A DNA stretch of 58,621 nt, counting the filler, from Sluysia triapertura (Eukaryota), in the NCBI GenBank assembly GCA_046118255.1. It is 4 parts of 4 records of this genome, joined end to end, with 100 filler letters (N's around TTAATTAATTAA, not from the genome) between each part and the next. Parts side by side here need not be neighbours in the genome. Positions count along the whole stretch, not along the records: positions 33,315 to 45,454 come from JBJNIA010134954.1; positions 45,555 to 58,621 come from JBJNIA010062311.1; 2 more parts are not named here. One strand, written 5' to 3'. A model generated the notes under the pieces. The model ran no database searches, was not told the origin of the DNA, and saw only the letters and a program-made list of their open reading frames with translations. This document shows, one piece after another, positions 41,692-54,490 of this stretch; the stretch's first letter is position 1, and the number at the start of each line of letters is the position of its first letter. The position numbers and the translations under genes are program-made.

Positions 41692-42382
41692 CTTGCTGTA
41701 ACCGGACCCTACTCAATTTTATTTTGCCGTAGGTTTAGTAGTAAGAAAAACCACAGCAATAATAAATTATTGCCTGATTTTGATTTGATTCTTAAGAGTT
41801 TAGTTTTGGGATAACAATTATTAATATTAAATAAAAAGTGTATTGAAGGGTTATTTTTTGATATAGTGAGTATATAAATAGTTGATATCTCGTAATTAAT
41901 TAAATTGATACCGATTTAAAATAATTAACAATTTTTAAAGACGCAACACAGATACAAAGTTAAAAGATATTATTATTGAATAATAATAATAATTTTAAAC
42001 TGATTGTAATTATTATAAATTAAATTTATCGAATAATTTTTAGTATTTTTATTGATTTTTACGACTATAGTATTGAACTATTTTCATTAATCTTGCTTTA
42101 TTTTATTAAAGCCGATTGTACAATTAAATTTTCATTTGTGAATATATCGATAAACTTATTTTTTAATTTATTGAGTTTAGCGTAAGTATATAAACATTGT
42201 TTTATCAAGAGATCAAGTAATTTTATTAAAGTCAATTTTTCATTCATAAATATATTAATTTGTTGAGTTAAGAATGAGTATAGCAAGTAATTGGACAATT
42301 CCACATAAAAATCTAACACTTTTTATTAAATTGAAGAAAATTAGAAAAAGCGTACAACATATTATTGTTAGACTTCATAAAA

Positions 42383-42454
42383 TGGACTGACCGGGAATCG
42401 ACCCCGGGACCATCGCTGCGCAGTTCGATTGCTCTACCACTGAGGTATAAGCCA
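42383..42454 (-). tRNA. tRNA pseudogene or tRNA-derived SINE head; anticodon unassignable
   Basis: The reverse complement has D-arm CTCAGTGGTAGAG and T-arm CCGGG-GTCGATT-CCCGG. The A and B boxes each carry a substitution, and the acceptor and anticodon stems are imperfect. Confidence 0.65.
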
Positions 42455-44041
42455 CGTCTAACGATTTCATTTTCTTATAGTCAATTTTACAAAATGTTTA
42501 CCCCAACATTATTGACCTCCAACCATCTTCATACTCTTTTCACACTGCAAAATCTGTGTGCTGGCCATTTAGTGAGTAAGTCCAGTATCATAGAGAATTC
42601 ACCTTAAAAACGAGAAAATAAAATAAAATAATTTCTGCCTAACATAATATAGTTAAAAAAAGTATTCATACATTATAACTAGTAATTACCAAAATAGAAA
42701 GATTTTCACAACACGTTCATTAAAAGATTTAAGAATAGTTTTATTTTATTTTAATTTTGATAAAGCAAAAATTCTCTTACGATATATTTACAAGCATACT
42801 TATGGCAAATTTAGAAACAAAAGCTCAAGTTATTGATAAATCGCATCACTGCACTTTTGATGTGAATTTAGATCAAGATAGGTATATCTCACGCTTTACT
42901 GCAAATATGGTAGACATGAAGAGTTTGATAAAATTAGAACTAAAAATGGAAATGATTCTATTAAGTCAATAATGGAACCACTCGTATCGGATGACACGAT
43001 GCGAGCTATCCTAAATACAGATGATGTCAATTCAGAGCAATATGTGGGTATATCACATTTTATTGAGAGGGTACTACAGATAAAGAACTATTTTACCGAG
43101 GAAGACCAATCTAGCCTATGCCGTCGAGTATGTTAACTGTGTGAAGATTACTAAATTTACCTTTTCAGAATCAATTTTTTGCCTATATGCATACCCTGAT
43201 TGATGTATTAAAGATTAAATATTGTTTTATTATTATTATTGTTTTATTATTGTTTTATCAATCTCAAGTTATCTGTTTATACTTTCATAATGTTTGATTA
43301 TTTTCAAAATAACTTATAAAAATAATATTTAATTATTAAAATAATTACTTAACATTAAAAAATGTTTTTAATGATATTTTGATAAAACATTTAGATTTTC
43401 TCATTATTTTTATTGCAGAACTATTTAATTAATAAAATATTTGTTTGTTTAATTCGAATATAATTAATTAATATTATGAATTTGTTTATATTTAATTCAA
43501 GTAAAATGTTTGCGATTTTAACGCATATAATAAGGAATATAAAAGCCACACAAACAATGTCACGAATTCATTTTGATTGATTTTAAAAATTTTTATAATA
43601 ATAATGACATTAAATACAAAAAAGATCACTAAAATAAGTGAAACACACTGAAAGATTAGTTTAAAGTTTAAACTATATTAATCAGCTCGAAAATCGACTT
43701 ATAAATCGCCTGGTTTATCTTAACGTCATCTACATTTTTTCTAAGTATTATTTTAATGATTTACATAATTTAATAACTAATATTAAAATCTATTTTGAGT
43801 GTTTTATAACATTGAGTTATTTTTAATATGGACACTACGCAAGCATTATTCAATAATTTTATAAATATGTAACTAACTTACATACAATGATAGATATGTG
43901 AATTTCTATTTGTAGCACGTAATTGTACCATTTTTACTGTCAAAGTACATCTTTAGTCTTAACTTAAATATGCCTTGGAAAAATAATGGGATGGTAATTG
44001 AGATTTAATGTTATTTTTTTTAATATTACGAAACAATTTAG

Positions 44042-44664
44042 ATGTTTCGTGAAGTTAAAAGCTTCACTCAGAAATTAGTCGAGTTACAAAAGAAAGATGA
44101 ACCACAACTCCGTAAAGATCCTGATCACAACTATTATTTTTTAGATAAAAGTGAGATACAAAAGAAAGGAGGCATATTTATTTGGAAAGTATGTTAATAT
44201 TATTTTGTTATGTTTTGTAGATTGAAAACATTCGTGAGCGTATTAAAGAATCTTTAGATAAATCTAATTATTCAATTCAAAGTCAACCATTTTATACTAA
44301 TCAAAAATATAGAATATGCATTGTAATATATCCAAATGGGATAAATGCAACAACAGGAGATTATTTGGGGTTGTATTATGCTCTGGTTAAAGGTGAACAT
44401 GATAGTAATTTATCTTGGCCATTTACATTTAATGTGACAATAAAGGTTATGAATAAAGATAACAATACACCTATAGTTAGCAAGAAAATTGGTTATGTTA
44501 GTGAATATAAAGATAAAATTCTTTGCAAACCAGATTATGACGAAACTAAAGGATATAACCGTGGTCGAACCATTGGATACCCTGATAGTTTGAGTTTATC
44601 AAAAATGAACAACGTTTTTGGAGTATTGGTTGGAAATTTATTGGAGATTCAAGTGGAGATTTAA
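44042..44664 (+). CDS. TRAF-type MATH-domain protein (exons 44042-44188 and 44221-44664; upstream exons possible)
   Basis: GIFIWK|IENI...SQPFYTNQKYRICIVIYPNG...YLGLYYALVKGEHDSNLSWPF...GYP: canonical TRAF-C motifs, joined in frame by a 32-bp GT-AG intron. Confidence 0.9.
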
Positions 44665-45359
44665 TTGGCTAAATTATTAAATGTTTGATTAAAGCTTAAC
44701 ATCATGCAACGCTTTTGTAATTATATTATTTGCTATTTAAATAAGATAATAAAATTTATTACCTTTTAGATTTGTTATTATGGTAGCCACTTATTTTGTT
44801 TCTTTTGTTTTTGAACATATGGTTTTTTCATTGTGCTTTTATTTTACTTAAAAACAGTTAATCATAGAAAAGAATTCCTCAAAAATTTGTCATTTAGAGG
44901 TTTTTAAACTTTTATGTTTATGTATAATCTTTTGAACATTATCATGATAAATTATGTAAATTGTGGTTCTCGGAATAAATATTAAAATTTTTCCAAGTTT
45001 TTTCTATGTTGCATGGATTTTTATTCTATATTAGCACTGTGGTCGAGAAATCATAATTCGTTCTATTTCTTTAAATCATTGGTAAAAGAGTTAAGATATC
45101 TAACAAAGATTATTTTGATTTAGTTTCTATGTATTTTAACATATATACTTTGCATAATCTGTATTCTGACGAGTATTATTTTGTTATTGAATATTGTCCG
45201 CTTTTTTGGATTTTGTGTTAAAATTGGATTCATTTATCAAGATAAATCCAATAGAAGAAATAAATAAAAATATTGACCAAGTGTAAAGAAAAAGATTAGA
45301 TGAAGTTGAAATACCAACAATATTAATGGTCAGTACGGAGGAATATGGTTTAATTTTTA

Positions 45360-45454
45360 TCAATACTTGGTCCATTATTTATAATATATATCAATGATGT
45401 TTCAAGTGTAATCGAATCATATGGATTTAAATACCATATATATGCTGATGACGT
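45360..45454 (+). mobile_element. Non-LTR (LINE, CR1/L2-like) reverse transcriptase fragment
   Basis: SILGPLFIIYINDV...YHIYADDV, cut by a gap. Confidence 0.8.
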
Positions 45455-45554
45455 NNNNNNNNNNNNNNNNNNNNNNNNNNNNNNNNNNNNNNNNNNNNTT
45501 AATTAATTAANNNNNNNNNNNNNNNNNNNNNNNNNNNNNNNNNNNNNNNNNNNN
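45455..45554. other. Scaffold gap with artificial spacer
   Basis: N-run with TTAATTAATTAA. Confidence 0.95.
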
Positions 45555-47532
45555 AATATAAAATTAAAATGATAACAATAATAATAACAACAACAGTGTT
45601 ATTATTATTGTTATTACCACATAAATTCTTTGCTTTTATATCCTTGATTTTCTTGACATATCTAAATTAAAAGTAAAGAGGAAAAGGAACTTTTAGGAAG
45701 ATTAAGAATTTATAATGTAACATCTTAAAGATATATGATAGTGCTTTAGTTGAAGAAAAGCTTGAATAATGAAAAGTTTTGATTCGTTTCTTTCTAATTA
45801 AAATTTATGTTTGAAGTGTTATAAAGGCGTAGTTTGACGTATAAAAGTAGGTAAGTTATAGTCTGACTTTTATGTGTTCAGAAGGTGATTATACACTGTT
45901 GAGAATGTGGTTGTGGTTGGGTTGTTATGAGATGTCGAATAAATACTTTTGATGAATCGCTTAATGTAAATTGATGGTATTATATCTTATGAGATTGTAG
46001 ACTTGAAGTATTTTGAAAAGTGAGTTTATTTTAGTGGATTTAAAGAAAAATAAGATATAAAAACGGTTATAATGAATTTTAGAAGGTTGTTTTATGTTAT
46101 TAAATAATATGATTTTATTTATGTTGAATTAATTTTGAATAAATTTTAAAATTTGTATTGTATATTTTGAAAGTTTATGTGGTTTTAATATATTTGGAAT
46201 AGAATTTTTAATAAAATTTATTAAAATTAATGGGTTGGCCACCACATTCGCTTCATAAATATATATGTAAATCGAATGTGATGAAATCAATTATGTATAG
46301 ATTCATAAATAATTTTATTTATGTTTTGGATTAAGATAATTGAAAGGTGTTAATAAAGAACGAATTAAAAATATTCCTACAATGATTTGAGAACAACCTG
46401 TATTTACGTTTCAGATTATATATTTTAAACTTCTTATCACAATTCATTTAAAAATATTTTTATTTTACAATTATTTATATCTTAAAAAGAAATAATATTA
46501 ATTATTTATAGGCAACGTGTACCTTCTTTTGTGATTGAAGAAATTTAAAAATTAACATGATGATTGTAAAAATATTTTTATGAAACTTTACCAATAAATT
46601 GTACAGAATAAATTTTAATGGTAGTCCATTTTCTTGCCTAATAAATGATAAATAAATACGATTTTGTGATATTGCGTAATTCAATAACTTCTTAATCACA
46701 TAAATTACATAAAATCAATTTTGGTTTAATGCCTTTTCAGTTCAATCAAATCCCAAAAATCTATAAAAATGTCTATTTTTCTTTGTATTTCTATTATTTG
46801 ATTTAAGTCACCATAGGAATAGCATGATCACTGACACTAAATTCTCTGAAAGTTTCGCGCTAATCAAAATTTACTCTATTAATGTACTGCTATAGTTATG
46901 CCGTGGTCAAAACTATTATCTATTATTAAACAATCTTATTATTATTATTATTATCATTTAAATAAAGTATGAAATCAAAAAAGTATATTATTTATATTAT
47001 AATCCACTGATAAAAGTCACATAAGAAAATTAATATATTACTTAATAGAGATGAATGATATATAAATTAATATATTAATTAATTCATCATAAATGATTTT
47101 ATTACCACTTCTAATTAATATCCTCAGAATGAATTGTTAAAAGCGAAAAAATAGTACTCTTTCCTTGATAATATATATATAATTTGTTTGTTTTTCTTCT
47201 ATTAATAACTTGAAATATTGCTTTTTACTGTTATTGGAGAAAATAAAATATTATTTCTAAGTTTGTAGTGCATAATTTTATGCATACTTGATAAAAAAAT
47301 TTATATTAAAATACATAAATTGAAATTTTTAAAAATAATTCTTTAAATAATATTGCTATCAATCTCTATGGTATATAATTGCGCTAATTATTTATGTAAT
47401 AAAATGTTATGCAATTTTCACTTATAATTTATAACTATTTCATAATCTTCTTATCATTTGAGTAATGTTTTTGTAATTAGAAAGTTGTTAATTTTCATTA
47501 TTTATTTTAAATATTAATTTCTAAGAAAGTCT

Positions 47533-48282
47533 ATGGATTGTTCTAAGTACAGTCGTTATAAATTAGTAATGTTGGGAGATTCGTCAGTTGGTAAAACGAG
47601 TATCACAACACAATTTGCAAGCAATAACTTCAATGAATCGCATATATCAACTATTGGAGGTAAATTAGAAAATTTTTTATTTTAAGTAATTTTAGCAAAT
47701 TTTATTTCAAAACATTTCGAATATAATAACAACAAATTTCGCTTTGAAATATGGGATACTGCTGGTTAGTTAATTTTAAATGTATAGAAAAAAAATTAGG
47801 TCAAGAAAGGTATCGATGCATAACAACGATGTATTATCGGTCTTCTAGTGTTGCTATTATTGTTTATGATATTACAAATTATACAACATTTCATAATGCT
47901 CAAATGTGGGTAAATGAACTCCTAAATATTGTTGATACTATTCAAGTAATTGTTTTAGTTGGCAATAAATCCGATTTAGAAGATTTACGTGTAGTTCCAA
48001 CTAGAGTTAGTTTTATTAATTTCACTTTATTGATTTCACTTGTAGGAAGCCCAAAAATATGCCCGAAACAATGGTTTATCTTTTATTGAATGTAGTGCTA
48101 AATTTAATACAAATATTACAGATATATTTGAATTAGCAGGTAGGTTCACTTTTTAAAGGAAAACATGATAATTTAACATTTTACTTTTAGCATCACAATT
48201 AAACAGTCCATCTCCAGAAAATGAATTTGTTGTTGATTTAAGCCAAAAGAAGAAAAAGAAAAAGGTTGAGTGCTGTAAATAA
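47533..48282 (+). CDS. Rab GTPase, Rab5/22/31 group, 195 aa, 5 exons (47533-47659, 47696-47764, 47800-48005, 48046-48139, 48191-48282)
   Basis: GDSSVGKT, STIGANF, FEIWDTAGQERY, MYYR, GNKSD, ECSAK and C-terminal KKKKKKVECCK. All four introns are GT-AG and preserve the frame. Confidence 0.95.
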
Positions 48283-48448
48283 ATTTTTGTAATAATTTTC
48301 TACCTTTTATACATTTTATTACAGTTTGTATAATTTTTATTTTCATATTGTTGTTTAAAAACAGTGTAATGCTATCTTTGGTCGAAAGTTCAATTAAAAT
48401 AAACGACATTGGTTCGACAAAAACCAATCGTCATTATATAAATGTTAT

Positions 48449-48490
48449 TTAACCCATTATCCTCCAATGTTCCATTTTTGGGACACATTT
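48449..48490 (+). mobile_element. Possible piggyBac-type terminal sequence
   Basis: TTAA-CCCATTATCCTCCAATGTTCCATTTTTGGGACA resembles piggyBac ends. No partner TIR found. Confidence 0.35.
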
Positions 48491-49390
48491 TCAAATTTTT
48501 TCTTTTAAATGAGATTATATGACGTTATTCATCATTATGAATATCTATAAACATTAATTTTTTTGAATTACCGCGGGCATTGTATTAATTGATTGCTTCT
48601 TTTGTATCATGAAAATGATTAGAATTAATTGTAAACCTTTTTTAATTAGCAAAAATTAATTATCTGAAAGCATTTTCTTTTTTGTGCTGTCAAAAATATT
48701 ACAAATTGCCAAAAAAAATTCATTACTCAATTATAACAAGTTTTATATTTCCAGTAACTTTTGCCACGATCACACACTTGTGAAGAATCATCGAGTTTGA
48801 CAAAAGTTCTGAATATTAAACGAAATAAAGCAAATATACCATGCCAAGCTTCCCAAGAATTCAAACAATTAATGTTTGTTGCTTTTTAAATGGATCATTT
48901 TATATTGCGAGTATTATTTTCTTAATTGCTACATCAAGTGGCTTAAATCCTTCTAGGAGGCACCCTTGTAAGATTTGTGATTATTGAGGGTAAACCTCCT
49001 ACTTATCTCTTATTTATTCTTTGTTCTTAATTATTTTATTTTATATTTCGTAGTTTCTGAAATATTTTATAAACCGTTTTAATGAATTTTGTATATAAAA
49101 AATTTTATTAATGATTGTGATGGGTTTAGTCAATAATGAAGCACATATGAACACGATAATAATAATAATAAGTAGAATAAGGATAAATAAGTACGATTAT
49201 GAGATTAAAGTAAATTATCACAATGTATTTGTAAAATGTTTAAATTAGAAAGAAGGATAAGAAAAGAAAACATTTAAGAAGGTTTATTCATGAAAAGATA
49301 AAAAAATTCTTTATTAATTAATTTAATTAAAATATGTTTGATTTAATTGTTGCGTCTTTGAAAATTATTAGCTACGACAAATCAATTTAA

Positions 49391-50693
49391 TGTGGTGGCC
49401 AACTTCTTCACACATCTCAATACACCAAAAATCCAATTTGTACATCACTCAAAGATATTAAAAACTTTATTAAAATTGCATTTTAAATCCCAAGTAATAA
49501 TAATTTTAATGGAATTTCTTTACACCTTTAACTTTTCCAAAATCCTTTTGTGATACTCCCTCGTAACTTAATCATTTTATTATTTTCTTTATATTTTTAT
49601 TCTTTTCTATTTAATAATAAAATGGTAGATTATCGTTAACATAGTACACATTCATCAGTCATGATGCTACTCATTTAACATTCCCAATGATCAAAATTGT
49701 TTACTTCATTCAAACATTATCGAATACGATACTAATCAGTAATTTACTACGCTGTTCTTACTCAAATTTTAGAACACATCAATTATACAAAATTAGAAAG
49801 TAATTCAGGAGTAATCACGAAACTTTTAAATCTATCAGTCAACAAACTTCAAAAATAAAAGACTAGTAAAGTAATAGAAACATTCAGAATCAGAAATTTC
49901 AAGAGACATACTTATTTAATAATATTTTAGCAACAAATAAGCAATAATCGCAGAAAAAGACATCAATCGCCTATGCATTCACAAATTTTACATAAAAGAA
50001 AAATTATATTCAAGAAAAAGAATAAGTATTAAAAGATTTTATCCAGTTTTTACAAACATTTTAATTTTCGATACTAATACCTATCTATTAAAAACGTAAC
50101 AATAATGTCTAAAGATAAAATACTTAATATTTTGATAGAATAAATTGTGTAAAATGTTTCTCACAAAGTTAACTAGAAAATAGCTAACAAAATATAATCT
50201 TTAATAAAAATTACGTAGGGAGTTTCTTACAAAATACTTTGCCTTAATATATACTTAAGATCAATGTAATTTCGAAACTCAAGCATTCGCCAGAGTCAAA
50301 ATCTTATCTAAAATCAAAAACTTTAATCTTTAATCAATAGAACCTTCGTTTTTTGGAGTTTTTGTATTTGAGAAAGTGATAATAAATTTTTCGTAATGGG
50401 TTAATTGATTAATTGAATTTTAAGTAAATCCTTAGACGATTTCTCTTAATTTGGATAGGTAATTATTAATTGAAGTAGAACATCTATAACTTAGTTAAGT
50501 GTTAAATATTGCAGAAATATAATTAAGGTATCAGTATAGTTCTTGCATCTAAGTAGTGAGGATTTCTTTTACGCATCATTCTTCACACAAAATCCTGTGA
50601 GTACGTCTTTCACGTAATATAAACCGTACATCACAGGCGAACCCGTAAGTTTAGTAATTTCATAATTGTTCATAACTCAGAAAAAGTTGAACA
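49391..50693 (+). mobile_element. 5' LTR of env-bearing Gypsy element (5' boundary tentative)
   Basis: Ends ...GAACA just before a PBS. The 3' part is repeated at 26690-27225. The TGTGGTGGCCAAC start is also found inverted at 46234-46246. Confidence 0.55.
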
Positions 50694-50699
50694 ATTATT

Positions 50700-50717
50700 T
50701 GGCGCCCGAATTGGGAC
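50700..50717 (+). promoter_or_regulatory. Primer-binding site, tRNA-Lys(UUU)-type
   Basis: TGGCGCCCGAATTGGGAC, 16/18 identical to TGGCGCCCGAACAGGGAC. Confidence 0.85.
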
Positions 50718-50916
50718 AACTTGAAGCATTAAAATACTAAAGTTTAAGTTAAGTTTTAAAGTACTTAAGTGATTAAGTTTTATTGTTGGATTTTTAGTTA
50801 CACTTTGTTGTAAGGATTGACATAATTGATAAAAAAATAGGACTGGACTTGGTAGAGTAAACTCATTCGAAAATATTAAAATTAAGACTAGGAAAACTAA
50901 ACAAAATAAGAGAAAC

Positions 50917-52266
50917 ATGGATCAAACAGTAGAGGATTTAAAAGATTGTATTAAGCATCTTTCAGTAAATATGAAACCCCCAGTTATTCTCCCAGAAGTG
51001 TGTAAGTTTAATGGAAACGAAGAAGAATTATGAGATTTTCTTTATGAATACAACAGCGTTGTAGAAGTCAACGGCTGGTCAGAAATAGATAAAATTAAGA
51101 GAATTCAAAATTACTTGACAGGAACCAGACATAAATGAATCAGAGAAAAAACAAGATTGGACTACATTTTTAAATGCCTTCACAGAAGAAATTGCTTTAG
51201 ATGACATAGGTAAATATCATCTTAGAATATTATAAATACTAGGAAACAACGAGAAGATGAAACTGTTTACGAATTCGCATGTGCGTTAAAATGTTTGGTA
51301 GTAAGAGCTAAAATACCTAATGATGAGAAAGAAGCAACGTTAATAGATAAACTTAAGAATGGTCTACGACCCTAATTGCAAGTATTTGTAAGTTTAATAG
51401 ATAATAAACCGTTTAAGGAAGTAGTAGAGGCATTAATGATACTGAAAGATCACAAAAAGAAAAAGGTAATATAAATTATATAGATAAGGTTAAGACTGTT
51501 AGTTTAAGGATTGAATTACCTATAAACAAACCTAGAGATTATTTCGAGGATAGTGATTTTGAAACAAATAAATCTCAAGAAAATAAAAGAAGTGTAAACA
51601 GCTATAATTCAAGAAACAATTATCAGAATCAAGGAAAAATTTACCAAAATTCAGGCAGAGGTTATCAAAATTCAGGAAGAGATTATCAAACTTCAGACAG
51701 AAATTATCAAAATTCAAGAAGGGCTACAAGGGGATCCGCCAGAAATTATTCGAACAATGGTTCCAGCGATTACGAGCAACGACCGTCTCCCAGATGGCCA
51801 AGCAATGATGAACAAAGATATTAGTTCTATTAGAAATAATAGCCCATCTCGGTCAAATTATAATAATTACAAAACAAGAACTCATACTGAAGGAGAATTA
51901 ATATGCCATAATTGTAACAAACGAGGACACTATGCTCGTAATTGCAACAAATTGAAATCCGAAGCTTTCAAACAAAATCTCAATAAAAATAGACAAAGTT
52001 CTCCAAGAAAGCTAAAATTTGAAGATAAGAGACAGATAAATTGCAATTTCGATGAAGATCATGAAGACTTTGGTAGCGAAAAATATCCAAGAAGACTAAC
52101 ATATGAAGAAGAAGATATTTTACGCGAGTTTCTTAGAGCAAAGCTAGATAGTACGGATATGCACAAAGAAAGGAGAAAAACAAAGACAGAACAAGAAGAC
52201 GAGGACGAAACATTTATTAATTACTTTTTCGGGAAAAAGGAGAATGAAAACAAAAGAGAACAGTGA
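50917..52266 (+). pseudogene. gag: Gypsy gag (capsid + CCHC zinc knuckle), interrupted
   Basis: KFNG....DFLYEY....NGWS...YLTG, RKQREDETVYEF...L, LKNGLRP, and CHNCNKRGHYARNC. Confidence 0.9.
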
Positions 52267-52567
52267 AAGTAGTAAAGGAACAACAGAAACTAACCCCACA
52301 AGAAACAGAAGAAAAGAAAAAGGTCGAAGCAATTGTTAGAAGATGGGATAAAGATAATAATATAATAAACGAAGAAGAGTTAACCATCCAAACAGAGGAG
52401 TCAATTAATGAAGAGGACTTAGTTGATGATATAAATGAAGATTTAGATTCAATGATTATATTAGATAATGAAGAGGAAGAACAAATTGTTGACTTGGAGG
52501 ACCAGGGAGAAATTGATACTCCCGAACCAACATTGAATTAGAAAATGATGATGATATCGATAGAAAT

Positions 52568-54410
52568 ATGGATAAAATTTTGAATTTAGATTTAAATATG
52601 TTTAATGCACAGAGTATAAAACCAAGTTTGGTTATATTAAGTGAAGCCAGTTATTCTCATCAATATAAAGCAAGGAAGCCACTAGAAAAGATTGCACTAA
52701 TGGAAAGAAAAATAGATCCACGAATGTTGATGAAAATTAACATCTCACTAAATGGACTTATCAATATTTTCATGTAATTACCACACATATTAAAACCACT
52801 TAAAATTCTTCCGAACAACTGTCGTGACGCCTTCAAAACCGGATACATAGGATTGATTAAAGGATATAAATTAAGAGTGAGAAATAATGAAAAAATTATG
52901 TATAATATTAGAACTGCCAGAAACATACTAACAGATGGAACATGCGAGCAAAGATATATAGAGTACGAAGGGAAAATATATCACAAGGTAGTAGCTCAAG
53001 AAACTTTCGTAGTAAGATTGAAATCTTTTAATGAAAGTTTTGATATTGAAAAAGGAACAATGATATCTAGATCATTTTGTAGAATGGATCAAACAAGCTG
53101 TGAAACAGGTGAATTATATAAGTTCCAGTGACCCTTAATATTTCTAAAACAAATAAAATTTAATTTGGTATCTGAATTTGTTTATCAGAATAATCATGAT
53201 CTACCAATCGAAGAAATAAACAAAAAGGAACAAGTACAACGTAAAACATTAGAGAAAATAGAAACTCCTACCATTATGATGGCTCGTAAAGAAGAAGATG
53301 GATTGATCTTTATATCAAAAGGAACAATAATAAGATGTGGAAAAGAAATCATTGAAACGAACTACCAAGGTATTTACCTGTCTGAGAAAATAATATTACA
53401 AGCTAAAAAAGGAATAGATTCAAAGAATATAAAATTAAGCAGTTACTTTAATAATAAGATAGACTTCTACTATCATCTTGGGTTAATGTCTCTAGAAAAA
53501 ATTTATCAAATTATGATTGCTGGAGACTGTCAGTTGAATAAAGAAATACTACGCATAAAATTGGCGATGGCTATAACAAATCCTGATTTGGTTGCTCCAT
53601 TACTACCATTAGAAGAAGGTGTATTTGGCAGATTAATGGGAGAAGTGTTATACACTTACAAATGTAAAAAAGTGGAAGTTTAACTGAGACCAGCAACAGA
53701 ATGTACAAATGAATTAACAATAATATACGGAAAAATAGAAACTTATCTAGAACCAGTAACAAGAGTAATCTTCCCTAGTGTTAAAATTAAACCGAAAGTA
53801 ATGCACTGTTCAAATGTAATGGCTTCAGAATATAGGATAGATGAAAATTTATGGATTTCGCTACCACACAGAACTCAAGTAAAAGTACCAGAAATTATTG
53901 GATTAACAAAGTTAAACGGAAAATTGAAATTTTTGGTAACAAAAAATATACCCCAATCAGGTATGTATACAAATGAAGACATACAAGCAGCATGGCGGGA
54001 AATACTCTTCCCTATAAAAAGATCGAAAGTACTAACAGATATAGTGGATAAGGCAACAGTAGAAAAAGATGGGAGAATTAATTTCGAATTGCTGTTAGGA
54101 CCGGATCATTTTAAAAGAGCCGCACAAAATAAACTAAAACTAGGTCAAGCCTTTTCGGGGTTAATTGGTATCTATATAATAATTAAAATAATAGCGTTAA
54201 TAATATCCCAAGTTTTTTCTGTTGTAGGAATTTATAAGATTTCAGGTTTTACATGGAAACCGTTTCCCATTTCTGGCGAAGTATTTGTTACACCATCATG
54301 CTAACTCACAAATGAATGCGTAAGAAAAGAAAGAACGAGAACTGAAAATGAAAATGCGGCATTATAAACAATTCAGAATGATGAAATTGAAGAAATTGAA
54401 GAATTAAAGT
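52568..54410 (+). pseudogene. env: Envelope glycoprotein, chuvirus-G / class III fusogen-like, interrupted
   Basis: Cys-containing ectodomain with YFNNKIDF, DCQLNKEIL, MGEVLYTYKCKKVEV.LRPATECTNEL, YLEPVTRVI and HCSNVMASEY.I...W, then a TM helix GLIGIYIIIKIIALII. This is the motif series of chuvirus-like glycoproteins. Confidence 0.75.
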
Positions 54411-54490
54411 AAAATCTTAGAAGATCACAAAAAGACATACAAAAGGATACTCAAAGAGATAAAATTTATCCAAATCCCCCAACGGCACCG

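Noticed and set aside
46234-49403. Inverted 15-mer (gttggccaccacatt / aatgtggtggccaac) flanking the Rab gene, suggesting a captured gene
   Set aside because: Better explained as the 5' ends of two independent, outward-facing related LTRs. The Rab gene keeps its introns and no TSD was found.
51600-51730. Regular repeats considered as a CRISPR-like array
   Set aside because: Head-to-tail coding repeats without unique spacers, in a eukaryotic gag gene.
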